A stretch of DNA of 64,000 bases from NCBI GenBank assembly GCA_000002435.2, contig CM018793.1; one strand, 5' to 3'. Source of the DNA: Giardia intestinalis. Taxonomy: Eukaryota. The notes under the pieces are model-generated. The model searched no databases. It saw only the letters and a list, made by a program, of their open reading frames with translations, and was not told the origin of the DNA. The number at the start of each line of letters is the position of its first letter. Positions within the stretch are counted from its first letter, which is position 1. Shown here piece after piece: positions 37,889-47,900 of this stretch. The translations under genes were made by a program, and so were the position numbers.

Positions 37889-40621
37889 CTATATGTGAGT
37901 GGTCAGAGTCTCCTCTATATCGCTGTTGAGGAGAAGTGAGGTCGCAGAGGAAGACACAGAAAGAGCATCCTGTGGAGGCCTGTCAACTTTTTCTGCGGGT
38001 GGACAAATACCAGGGCTAATTACTTTTCCGAAGAGATCATTGTCTCGAGGAAGTGTCGCATGATTCTGTGCAATCCAAAAGTTCATGCTTTGACCTGCAA
38101 CCTTTCCATTGCCAAGGGCCTTGATGACGGTTGCAGCCCCAGTCTGAACATCTCCTGCGCAAAAGACACCTGGGACAGAAGTCTCGAAGTTCTCATCAGT
38201 AATCACAAGACCTTTGTCATTTATCTTCAAATTTTCTGTCGTCTTCACGATAATGTTATTAGGCCCAAATCCTACCGCAACAATAATCATACTACAGGCA
38301 AAAAAGGAAAATTCTCCATCCAAGGGCACAATAGCTCCTGCTTCGAAGGAGTTAACCTGGCACCTTAGTCCCTTTATGCCGGTACGGCTATCGTTAGGGA
38401 TTATTTCTAAGGGCGAATTTAAGGTAGCAAAGTAGACTCCTTCTGCTTCGGCACTCTCGATCTCCTCAAAACGCGCAGGAGAATCCTGTAGACGACGACG
38501 ATATACCACTACAACATCAGCTCCTAGCCTTCGTGCAGACGAAGCACAATCCATTGCAACATTTCCACACCCAATGACCACGACCTTTTTGCGTGGCTCG
38601 TTACTGTCAGCTCTGCTAATGAATGGAAATACACAGTTGTCTTCTAGGTTACACCTCTTCAAAAACTCGTTTGCTGTGAAGACACCTGGAAGGTCTTCTC
38701 CAGGGATGCCAAGGCTACGTGGTATTCCTACACCTGTACCGATGAATATGGCAGTGTACCCCTCGCTTTGGAGTTGTGGGATAGTGACGTCCTTCCCCAC
38801 GACAGTCTTTGTCTTTATATCGACGAGCCCCAAGCGCTTAACACTATTTATTTCGTGAGCAACTATTTGCTTTGGCAACCGGAACTTAGGGATTCCGTAA
38901 TTTAATACACCACCAGGCTGATCTAGTGCCTCAAAGATTGTAACATAATGACCCGCAAGTGCACACTCCCGGGCGGCTGCAAGACCTGTCGGGCCAGAGC
39001 CAATTATAGCAACTTTATACCCGGACAAAACTATCTCAGGCATATTTTTACCATCCTTAAGTGATTCATCCTCCAAATTGTTTTCGCGCACGTAGTCGGC
39101 AACAAACCGCTCTAGCTTCCCAATGCCAACAGGCTCTTTACCAGTACGACAAAGGATACACCCGTAATTTCCCTCTGCAGACTGGCACTGGTTCTCTTGA
39201 GGGCAGACACGTCCAGTAACAGACGGACAATTATGTGCAGTCTTTATGATTTTATATGCTCCAAGGAAGTCCCGCTCAGTGATCTTTTTAATGAACTGGG
39301 GTATTGGAACTTGTACTGGACAGCCCCTGACACACATAGGCTTCTTACACTGCAAGCACCGTGACGCCTCCATCAGTGCCATTTCTGGAGTGTAGCCTAG
39401 AGATATTTCGGCCCAGTTATGACAGCGAACTTTAGGATGCTGCATAGGCATTGGTGTCTGTGTGGGAGCAGGCTTTACTGAACGTACAGATGGACCCTTC
39501 TTGTGTGCATTACCAGCTGAAGATGTTGTAGACGAATAAATACTTGTCCCAAGTCTAAACTTCTCCCAAGAAATACGATGAGCGTCAACTTCTGGACCGT
39601 CGACAAAGACATAGCTAGTGCTAATCTTACCTTTGGAAAAGCTGGGATTAATATTGCTTCTGACAAACTCATCCAAATTAATGCATGGAATATGGGAAGG
39701 GACGTGTTCCTTACGAAGAGCATATTTATCATAAATGCTCGTGAGATACGGGAGCTCGTTATACAATTCTACCCGGAAAGTCCCGAGAAGCATGGACCCA
39801 TCGACTGTAACGGTGCTGAGAAGACCGATAGTGCGAATGCCGTAATCCCTAGTGAGTTCAGAAATCTTACGAAGCAATGGATAAGGTCCCATCACGTAGA
39901 CAAGGTCCACAGGTACATACTTCTGAGGAGTCTTCAGAGTTTCTTGAAGAAAATCTTCGAATACCCCTACAAGTCCCTTTTCCTTCTTTTCTGGAGGGAT
40001 TTCATCAGCAATCACCACTGAAAGAGCATCGACTGTTTCTGCAAGCTTGTTTTCTCCAACGAGCTGGTCCTTTGACGGAGCACCGATAAAAGCAGATACG
40101 CTGTTACCGGGCAGCTGATGGATTGACCTAGCGTATAGCTGAACAGGACCAAGCCCAGCCCCTTCTGCAACTACTGCTACGTGGCCCATCTTTGCTGTAA
40201 TATCAGCCGCATGACCTAAGGGCCCAGTAATTGATGACAGACTCTGACCTTCAGCAAAGGATACTATCTTGCTTGTTGCATGCGTTATGGATGAACAAAT
40301 GAACGTGATGGTCTTCTTAACGGGATCACAGTCGCTGATAGGGATCGGAAGTCTTTCGGAGGGAGCATAGGCTTTGACTGTGACGAAGTGCCCGGCCTTA
40401 CTGGCCTCAGCAACTTCAGGAGCGTAGCATGTCAGCTCAACCGTCTCGGGGTCTTTCCAGAGAACAGTTCGTTTTACAATTGTAAACGGCTTGACACTTG
40501 GGGCTGTCGGAGCCACGCCTACAGAGCTCGGTGTTTTATCTGCTGGAGTAACGTATCCGTCGTTTTCAATACATATCGGCGTAGCAGTATGGCTCATATC
40601 ATCAGTTGTATTCTGCTTCAT
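37889..40621 (-). CDS. Glutamate synthase small-chain (GltD)/sulfide dehydrogenase SudA-like FAD/NAD(P) oxidoreductase, fused to an N-terminal ferredoxin-NADP reductase-like (SudB-like) domain (910 aa).
   Basis: C-terminal half has the dinucleotide fold VAIIGSGPTGLAAA followed by GGVLNYGIPKFRLPK, FIGTGVGIPRSLGIPGEDL and VVVIGCGNVAMDCA. Cys-rich Fe-S ligand clusters (CLQCKKPMCVRGCP, CPQENQC). N-terminal half has FNR-like YVMGPYPLL. Confidence 0.7.
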   Translation of the reverse strand: MKQNTTDDMSHTATPICIENDGYVTPADKTPSSVGVAPTAPSVKPFTIVKRTVLWKDPETVELTCYAPEVAEASKAGHFVTVKAYAPSERLPIPISDCDPVKKTITFICSSITHATSKIVSFAEGQSLSSITGPLGHAADITAKMGHVAVVAEGAGLGPVQLYARSIHQLPGNSVSAFIGAPSKDQLVGENKLAETVDALSVVIADEIPPEKKEKGLVGVFEDFLQETLKTPQKYVPVDLVYVMGPYPLLRKISELTRDYGIRTIGLLSTVTVDGSMLLGTFRVELYNELPYLTSIYDKYALRKEHVPSHIPCINLDEFVRSNINPSFSKGKISTSYVFVDGPEVDAHRISWEKFRLGTSIYSSTTSSAGNAHKKGPSVRSVKPAPTQTPMPMQHPKVRCHNWAEISLGYTPEMALMEASRCLQCKKPMCVRGCPVQVPIPQFIKKITERDFLGAYKIIKTAHNCPSVTGRVCPQENQCQSAEGNYGCILCRTGKEPVGIGKLERFVADYVRENNLEDESLKDGKNMPEIVLSGYKVAIIGSGPTGLAAARECALAGHYVTIFEALDQPGGVLNYGIPKFRLPKQIVAHEINSVKRLGLVDIKTKTVVGKDVTIPQLQSEGYTAIFIGTGVGIPRSLGIPGEDLPGVFTANEFLKRCNLEDNCVFPFISRADSNEPRKKVVVIGCGNVAMDCASSARRLGADVVVVYRRRLQDSPARFEEIESAEAEGVYFATLNSPLEIIPNDSRTGIKGLRCQVNSFEAGAIVPLDGEFSFFACSMIIVAVGFGPNNIIVKTTENLKINDKGLVITDENFETSVPGVFCAGDVQTGAATVIKALGNGKVAGQSMNFWIAQNHATLPRDNDLFGKVISPGICPPAEKVDRPPQDALSVSSSATSLLLNSDIEETLTTHI

Positions 40622-40931
40622 GGAGGCCTGTGATAATTTTTATATTCTACTATAGTTTATTAAATACTGTCAATATTGTTGATTATCAAGACTGGTACCA
40701 CAAATGTTGATGTGTAGGTTATTTGAAGAATTGTTGTAGATACATAAGTTGCCACAGAATTTCATCTCAAGTCATCCAGAGTTCAGTATTTTGAGAACAC
40801 CTTGCCATTAAGATTTTGTTATTCAGCTCTGCGCAGTTACTCCTGCGGCTCTCTATTGCTTTTTTGTGTGTCCTGTTCGTTATACGTCTCGCTTACGGAG
40901 CCTAGCTTAATATTTTGGACTTTGGGCTTTA
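40622..40931. promoter_or_regulatory. AT-rich divergent intergenic (bidirectional promoter) region between the oxidoreductase (-) and the 1327-aa gene (+).
   Basis: A 310-bp tract of much lower GC than flanking coding DNA (tgataatttttatattctactatagtttattaaatactgtcaatattgttgattatc). Both flanking genes start at its edges. Confidence 0.4.
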
Positions 40932-43900
40932 ATGGATGGTGCTGTGGCATTATCCCAGAAATTGGACCGCCTCCGGTGCATCTCTGACAACAGAGAGGTG
41001 AGTGCTGACGATGCAAAAGGGGTCAATCGATTAATGGAGGCGAAGAAAGCGTCCACTTCACAGGAGTCTTCTTTCTGGGGGACCTCTGGTCTCAACCCTT
41101 TAGGGGCTGCATCTAAAGCAGTTACTACGTATGCCCGTGAAGCGGCTATTTCAATGCTGCCGACATGGACCTTACCGACACTCAAGGACTCTCTCAGTGA
41201 TGTAAGTCTTGAGCAACTTGTCCGGCTAATTTCTTTAACGTACAAGAAGGATCCCTCATTGGGAACCATTCAAGCACATAAGTCTATCATTGATGGATTT
41301 GTGCGCGACCAGCAAATGCTTCTACCGCGAGCAGTGCGAAGTTCCTACAATGAGGGACCAGCCAGCAATGACTTCAACTATTCTGTCGCAGCGTTGCCTG
41401 GTGCAGTAACTGCCAGCGACGAGCAACTGCACAATTTGCCATTGCGTGCACGTGTCATTGTCGAGACTTTTCGGGCCGAAAACTGGAAATTCTTTGAGCT
41501 AACACAGCAGGAACAGCTATTTGAGGCATCGGACATTTTTTCTTGCTGGTACCAGCCCCTAAATGCATCTGAGATAGACCCCTCTGTTACAAACCCTCTT
41601 CCGTTCCCGCAAATGGACATCTACCCGCGTCTTTTACTCCTTCTCACCCTTGTTTCTATGAAAATAAAGCTAAGCGAAGGGTTTTTCGCGTTCTTCCTTT
41701 CTCCTCGCGTGGTCGACATGGTGGAGACCCTATTCTGGCTCGTTCACTCTGTTGTCTTTAGTCCCAAGAGTACCAGTATTCCAGCGTCTGAAGTCATGCG
41801 TACTATGCATCCTAATTTGTACAATAGCTCCAGATTTTGCCGAACAACTCACGACAGCAATGAGGACAGCATCTCGGACTCTAAGGTAGAGCAATCTGCC
41901 GATTCAACGCTTGGCGGTCTGCTTCCAAAACGACCAAGTTATGCAGAACCAGTCACATCAAGCAATGCCCCGCCATCGCGAGCAGTCGTGGGGCTCGATG
42001 GCCGTGTTCATTACAAGCCTCTCCGGCTTCCACCTCATCTCCGTCCCATGGAGCTAAACTTAAATAGTCAAGACTACTTAAGGAATCGCTTCGTGGATGC
42101 GTTTGTTGCTATCGAGCGTAACTGGATTGGCTGCCGCTCCTCTGACAAGGAGAAAGCAGTTGAAATGCTGCCCTATGTTATTAGTTCTGCAGTTATTCGC
42201 GGCTTCTTCCGGTGCTTTCCTGTTTACTCTCATATCTTTAGCGTTAAGTTTAGACTCTCTATATATGAAAATGTTATCTACTATCTAACAGGTGTACCAC
42301 CATATATAGATATTTTGCAAGATATACGCAAGAGCTATTTTCCTACAGAGCCTTACACGGTCGAATCTTTTTTACAATATTTTCCAAAGAACACGGCAAC
42401 TCTTATCAACGTGCAAACCATAAATGGATATAGTAGTCCCAAAGATATAATGCTAGGAAGGTATCGCAATTTCTCCTACACCCCTTTTGTAGACAATCTC
42501 CTCCTCGTCTCAAAAACTCATGATAGAACTCTTCGAGCCACATGCACAGTCGGAGAACAAGCTGCGGCAAAGGAATCGGCTCTAAAGCCCATTGAATTCG
42601 ACATTGTTCTCTTTCCAGAGGCTGAAAAGAACACAGATTTTCTTTTTAACATCTCTCAATCCGCAGTTAGGAATCGGAGTGTAAGCCCTGTGCCAAGTAT
42701 GCAACATTATCATGATGCATCTTTGAACCTGTCTGAATATCCCACTGGAAGAACTACCCTATCTACATACCCCTTTCTCATTGAGATTCCAACCACAGCA
42801 GCTTCATGTAAAAGGGAAGAGTGTCAAGCAGAAGTACTTTCTGCAGGATGCAAGAACCGTAGTGATGATTCTATGAGTGCAAGGACCGCATTTAGTACTG
42901 ACACAGTTGAAAACGAGAACATTCTGGTGACAGGAACCAAACAAGCAGCTCAGTTCTCCGGTTACGGACAATCTGGTCTCAGTCACCTCAATGCAGAAGA
43001 AGCACGAGTTAATAAGCATAAGATTGTTAAAAGCACTCTGTCACAGTTGGATCAGGTGGACTCGATTCTTCGTCATGGTCGGCAATCATGTGCATTCAGA
43101 ACCGAAGACAGAGTGCGGGTGAACAGTGAGGCTGTACCAGAAAATGGCCCATCAAAGAAGCAGGAGAATGTTAATTTAGACGCTGCAATTGAGAAGGTAT
43201 CCAGTTATGGAATTTCTTCTTTGGAGAGTATTCCAGAGCTAAAGCGGGCCTCTATTTCAAGTATTATTTTGAGAGGAGATGTAGCAGGAGAAGATCCTGC
43301 AGCAGAACAACAATCTACACAGCCAGGATCCCTTCATACTTTGCTGAAGAACCATGATATCGAAGCTATATCAGTAGTTGGATCACAGCCTCAATGTGAT
43401 TCTACTGTTGACAGAATCTCTTTAGATACGTATCAGAAGACGCATAGCATGTCTGTAGATAATACATTTCTCATACGACTCAATCGAAAGTTGCATATCA
43501 ATTCAAATCCGAAGATTGAAGGGATTTTGGGTACTGAGTTAGTCACTTCAGGCGATGTGGTGCTGGTAGAAAATGATGACGAGTACATGAAGCACGTGAG
43601 CAATGCCATGAACGATGCTATGCATCCAGAGAATTTCAATCACGCCGCTCGTGAACATAAGCCTCTCAACAAAGTAGGGTCCATCGCGTCTCCATCTGCA
43701 TCAAGGGCAGGATCACCGGGATATCGAGCAGAACAGATCATAAAGCTACTTCCGCGCACGACTGATACGTCGCGTAAGGACACAATTGAGAAGCTTCTTG
43801 GAAATCCCCTGGGGATAGCGCATCAGAAGATAGCGACGACTAGGGTGACACCCGTGATGGTCAGATACCTAACAATTACAGGTGCTCCTGCGGCTTCTGA

Positions 43901-44915
43901 TTTCTCGTCCTATATTAGGGACTCTGCATTTCTTGATCCATCACTAGGACAGTCTGATGCACTCAAGCGCATAACAAATCGACGTGCTGGGCGCCCTACA
44001 CAGAGCTCCTGTGCATCTATTGATAAGGAAATAAGCATAGTTAGGCGTACACGAAACGATCCGTGGAATAAGGCAGATGTTATCAGTTATGAAGCCGGGA
44101 TTGAAAAGCGGCAATTTGAGGCACCTGAAGACAGTGAAGCAGCGTTGTCGGCTCAAGATACACGAGTAACTATAGACCAAAAAGGTGTACTATATCCTAC
44201 GCGAGGACGAGTGGAGTCACCTGTTCGCAAAGAATCATTGAGTGGTGTTTGCAACGAACGTCTAAGTCCCAATAGATTCCACTTACAGTATGAAGCGGCA
44301 AAGAAAAAACTTAAGCGGCAGGCAGCAGATGACGCGAAGAAACATAAGGCTGAAATGGTGGAGTTAGAGGTTCAAAAGGAGCTGTTTCTCAACAAGGCCT
44401 TGAAAGGTGGAGGTGCGCGAACAGCTGCACTATCAAGAGCACTTGTGGAGGGCGACGCAAAAGACAAGAAAAAGGATGAAGAGGGCTTTATCTCATATCA
44501 CAGCAAAGACAATGCAATGGTGGCATTTCTTACGTTTCGGTCTGACCTACAGAAAAACCTACACGATCTTGAGGTTGCAGAGCAGCTTAGTCAAAAGGTT
44601 AAGCAGCGTGAGGAAGCCCGCAAGGCGATGGCCAGAAAAATGCAGGCGAATGAAGACAGCCTCAAGTTTTTAGCAAAAAAGGCCGAAGCTCCTCTGCTTC
44701 TTTGGCCAATCAATCCAATGAATAAAAATAAAATTAATGATTCTACGTCAGTGGAGGTAGACATGGATGGACGCGGGGCAGACTTACGTGACTTAGACTT
44801 TCAAAGTTATCAGGACATTGCACGGGGAGAACCTTCTGGTGGCCCCACTCTCGACATTCGGAATCCACCACGGCTACTCACGAAAATAAGTCATTCGCCA
44901 TTGAAATTTACTTGA
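40932..44915 (+). CDS. Large hypothetical protein (1327 aa) with a charged/coiled-coil C-terminus.
   Basis: Uninterrupted ORF. AT-rich divergent promoter region 40622-40931 is shared with the upstream gene. No recognisable motifs. Confidence 0.55.
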   Translation: MDGAVALSQKLDRLRCISDNREVSADDAKGVNRLMEAKKASTSQESSFWGTSGLNPLGAASKAVTTYAREAAISMLPTWTLPTLKDSLSDVSLEQLVRLISLTYKKDPSLGTIQAHKSIIDGFVRDQQMLLPRAVRSSYNEGPASNDFNYSVAALPGAVTASDEQLHNLPLRARVIVETFRAENWKFFELTQQEQLFEASDIFSCWYQPLNASEIDPSVTNPLPFPQMDIYPRLLLLLTLVSMKIKLSEGFFAFFLSPRVVDMVETLFWLVHSVVFSPKSTSIPASEVMRTMHPNLYNSSRFCRTTHDSNEDSISDSKVEQSADSTLGGLLPKRPSYAEPVTSSNAPPSRAVVGLDGRVHYKPLRLPPHLRPMELNLNSQDYLRNRFVDAFVAIERNWIGCRSSDKEKAVEMLPYVISSAVIRGFFRCFPVYSHIFSVKFRLSIYENVIYYLTGVPPYIDILQDIRKSYFPTEPYTVESFLQYFPKNTATLINVQTINGYSSPKDIMLGRYRNFSYTPFVDNLLLVSKTHDRTLRATCTVGEQAAAKESALKPIEFDIVLFPEAEKNTDFLFNISQSAVRNRSVSPVPSMQHYHDASLNLSEYPTGRTTLSTYPFLIEIPTTAASCKREECQAEVLSAGCKNRSDDSMSARTAFSTDTVENENILVTGTKQAAQFSGYGQSGLSHLNAEEARVNKHKIVKSTLSQLDQVDSILRHGRQSCAFRTEDRVRVNSEAVPENGPSKKQENVNLDAAIEKVSSYGISSLESIPELKRASISSIILRGDVAGEDPAAEQQSTQPGSLHTLLKNHDIEAISVVGSQPQCDSTVDRISLDTYQKTHSMSVDNTFLIRLNRKLHINSNPKIEGILGTELVTSGDVVLVENDDEYMKHVSNAMNDAMHPENFNHAAREHKPLNKVGSIASPSASRAGSPGYRAEQIIKLLPRTTDTSRKDTIEKLLGNPLGIAHQKIATTRVTPVMVRYLTITGAPAASDFSSYIRDSAFLDPSLGQSDALKRITNRRAGRPTQSSCASIDKEISIVRRTRNDPWNKADVISYEAGIEKRQFEAPEDSEAALSAQDTRVTIDQKGVLYPTRGRVESPVRKESLSGVCNERLSPNRFHLQYEAAKKKLKRQAADDAKKHKAEMVELEVQKELFLNKALKGGGARTAALSRALVEGDAKDKKKDEEGFISYHSKDNAMVAFLTFRSDLQKNLHDLEVAEQLSQKVKQREEARKAMARKMQANEDSLKFLAKKAEAPLLLWPINPMNKNKINDSTSVEVDMDGRGADLRDLDFQSYQDIARGEPSGGPTLDIRNPPRLLTKISHSPLKFT

Positions 44916-44949
44916 ATATTTGATTTATAGCTACATCATCACTTCCAGA

Positions 44950-47900
44950 TCAAGGAGATATGGCCAAAGAAGCTCTTGATTCTCTCTGTATACGTGAGGA
45001 GCTGAGATCGTTATTACGGGATCTGAGGGTAGATTCGGTCAGTTCAGCGGTGTCTAATTCATTGAAGGTAACGTTAAAGACTTTAGAAGCAAATGACAAC
45101 TCAATCTCTTTGTTTATCAGAGGGCGATTAGACGGAGGACCGCACTTAAGCAGACCCTCTTCGTCTTCTGCATCCTCCTTCTTTCTTTCCGCGATGAATT
45201 CTGCGTCCAGGGGAGCGTTGTACGTTAGTAGCCGATATTGCTCGGCTGTCACAGGAATGTGCGACAGCACATGTCTAGAGTCCACAAAGGGGTAGAGCAT
45301 CATGTAGAAATGAACTATTGTAGGAACGCGGGTATCATAACTGGCAGAATAAACAACCGCGTTGTTGACTGAGACGGAGACGGTAGGCTTGGAATCCCCC
45401 CACAAGTATTCCACTATTATCACTGGGAGTTTGTCAACGATTTGTCTGTTTGTCAATAGCTTTGAAGTAACGTCTGTGTATTTATCATATGCTCCGGTGG
45501 TCTCCAACATAAAAGCTCTCATTAGATTGAGGGCTGAACCGTGCTTCAACGAGCAAAATAATATCATGGCGTTCAGCCAGATTGCAAAGCACGAGATCGC
45601 TGTGTGGAAATCTGGGCGGGCTCCCCTTATCCTTTCAAGAACGTAGCCCCTCCAGCGAAACATGCCGTTATCTAGCCCAAGATTAGTCACAGTCTGTGAG
45701 TCTGACGACCGGTCACAGAATCGGAATATTCCGGTTTCACAGCTGTACTCCCAGGAACAACTAGTTAACTCGTGCATCGGCTTTAGGGCGACGTAATCTA
45801 CTCCAGAGTCATGCAAAGAAGTCTGAGCAGCGCACAAGTGTTGTGAATTACCCAGCAAACTCTCAACAGCTTCCTTTCCGCATGTATTCGTAAGAAGAGT
45901 AAGAAAGTTAAAATACTTTTCTACGGAAGAGTAATCAATAACGATTTTACATACTTCCTTGTTAATAAGAGATTCATGATGACGTACCAAACGAGCACCA
46001 CGCTTAATGTGCAACAGAGCGTATTGATCGATAATCTCAAAGCATAGACCAAGCAAGTGCCATGCGTGCTGTGGGGCCAGAATTTCCATGTATTCAGTTC
46101 CAGTGCTTTTAATGTAGTTTGACGCCTTCTCATAAGCTAAGCAGAACTCATCAATAGATACTATGTCGAGGAAGTACTCATTCCATTGTTGAATCAAGCG
46201 CGTTTCTAATCGAGATATGAACACAGCAAGAATTAAGCGGCTTGCACGCCTAATTTGTTCATTTGCACCAAAGATATGTAAATTATGGCCAAAGTATGCA
46301 AATATCTCATGATCTCTTTGCACGGAAAGATTCTCCAGGCCTCCCATGCCAGACATGGCTATTTCTGTTGCGTTCCGTTCCCGGCCTGACTCTGTCATTC
46401 TCTCTGCAGTGCTAACCATAGTGTCTATCAGAACATCTGCGTCATTCGCCAGGATAAGCGAGTCTAGAATCATCATATCTGCTGCTGCCGCGGTAACTGT
46501 ATCAAATTCCAACTCCTTAACTGTATCGGCAATACAGGCTGCAGAAATGGCTTGAGACGCTGTGTATATGCGGAGTTTCCGTGAAAGATAAACGCCAACG
46601 TTGGTTGCATACCACAATAGCATCTTATAAAGGTCAATTATCGTGTAGTGCTTTGTCAAGCATAGCTGATACTCGAAGTACGTAGGACAGTTCTCCATTA
46701 CTGTTTTTAGTGTTACCCTATGGTCAGGCTTCAAAAGGTAGCTGTTGGGATACTCCTCTGCAGTGGAAATCTTCTTTCCGTAATCAAACTGTGGAATGCT
46801 GTCCATATTATGCAAAACACGCTTGTGAGTGGAACGTTGCCTTTGATCCTTGGCGCTTGAGCTACTATTGCCACTGATTTCAGAGTCGCCACTATCCTCA
46901 TCATCTGACTCCAGAAGCTCCTGTTCCGTGGTTATTATAAAGCTACTAAGCCAGAGCATTTCCTTATAACACTGGAGGGATTTATTATATTCTTCCGTAA
47001 GCTCATTACGCGCTTGCAGAGAGTACTTATCTATTATGTTGTGCGGAGGATAGGGAACGCCCATCAACGCAGGATCAAGATCCGGAGGGAGTATAACCTC
47101 TAATTTTTCAAGAAATTCATCCGTTCGCCCAAAGGCCTCGTCAATCTCCTTAACTGTTATGGTTTGGTTGTGGTGCTCATGGAGGGGTATCGTGTAGCCT
47201 CGTAAGATTTTTCGACGCACCTGTGCTGCTTCGTCGGTCCGCTTTAGCTTGTCGGGAAGGTTGAATCTCACTGCAAACTTTGAATCACCTGCTCTAATAA
47301 GCGCGTCCTCTGGAGCATATGCAGGGCAGAGAAGCTCCCATGTGTTCAATTCAGGGGTTTGGTACCTATCTGGGTCAACAAAGCAATAGCGTAAGGAGCT
47401 GATAGCATACAGCACGCTTGCTTCTTGAATGCGGGCCAAGTCTGTTGGCAAGTCCACGTCAGATTCGGTCTCTGAACCCGAGTAATATTCTGTAGAACTT
47501 TCAGACTCACTACTATCGTGATAGCGCGTCTCAATATCACAGAGAATCTTATCATTTTGTTTTGCTACCTGTATTCTCCGCCTCTCCAACTTACTTGTGA
47601 ACTGGAAACGCTTTTGTCGCTTTTGCTTAACCGCATTCGGGCCTGAACCAACGTTTGCCACACTGGGAATCGAGGAGATACATTGTGAACCGGAAATGCT
47701 GGGTATTTGCTCAAGGCGGCTTATCGCCAAGGTCTTGATGTTTCCCGCTGTCGTTTGGAGGACATCTGCCAGGTTTTCGCGACTCTCTGTATACTTAAGC
47801 CCCGTGGTAGTGGAGGATTCTGTGGGGTTATTTGATGAAAAGCTCAGAAGTTTATCGGCATAGTTTTTGGCACTTAGCCGATCGTTCATCGCAGACGGTG

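Noticed and set aside
38060-40021. Plus-strand ORFs (38060-38368, 38574-38858, 39578-40021) inside the oxidoreductase gene.
   Set aside because: They are antisense to the GltD/SudA-like frame that carries Rossmann and Fe-S motifs.
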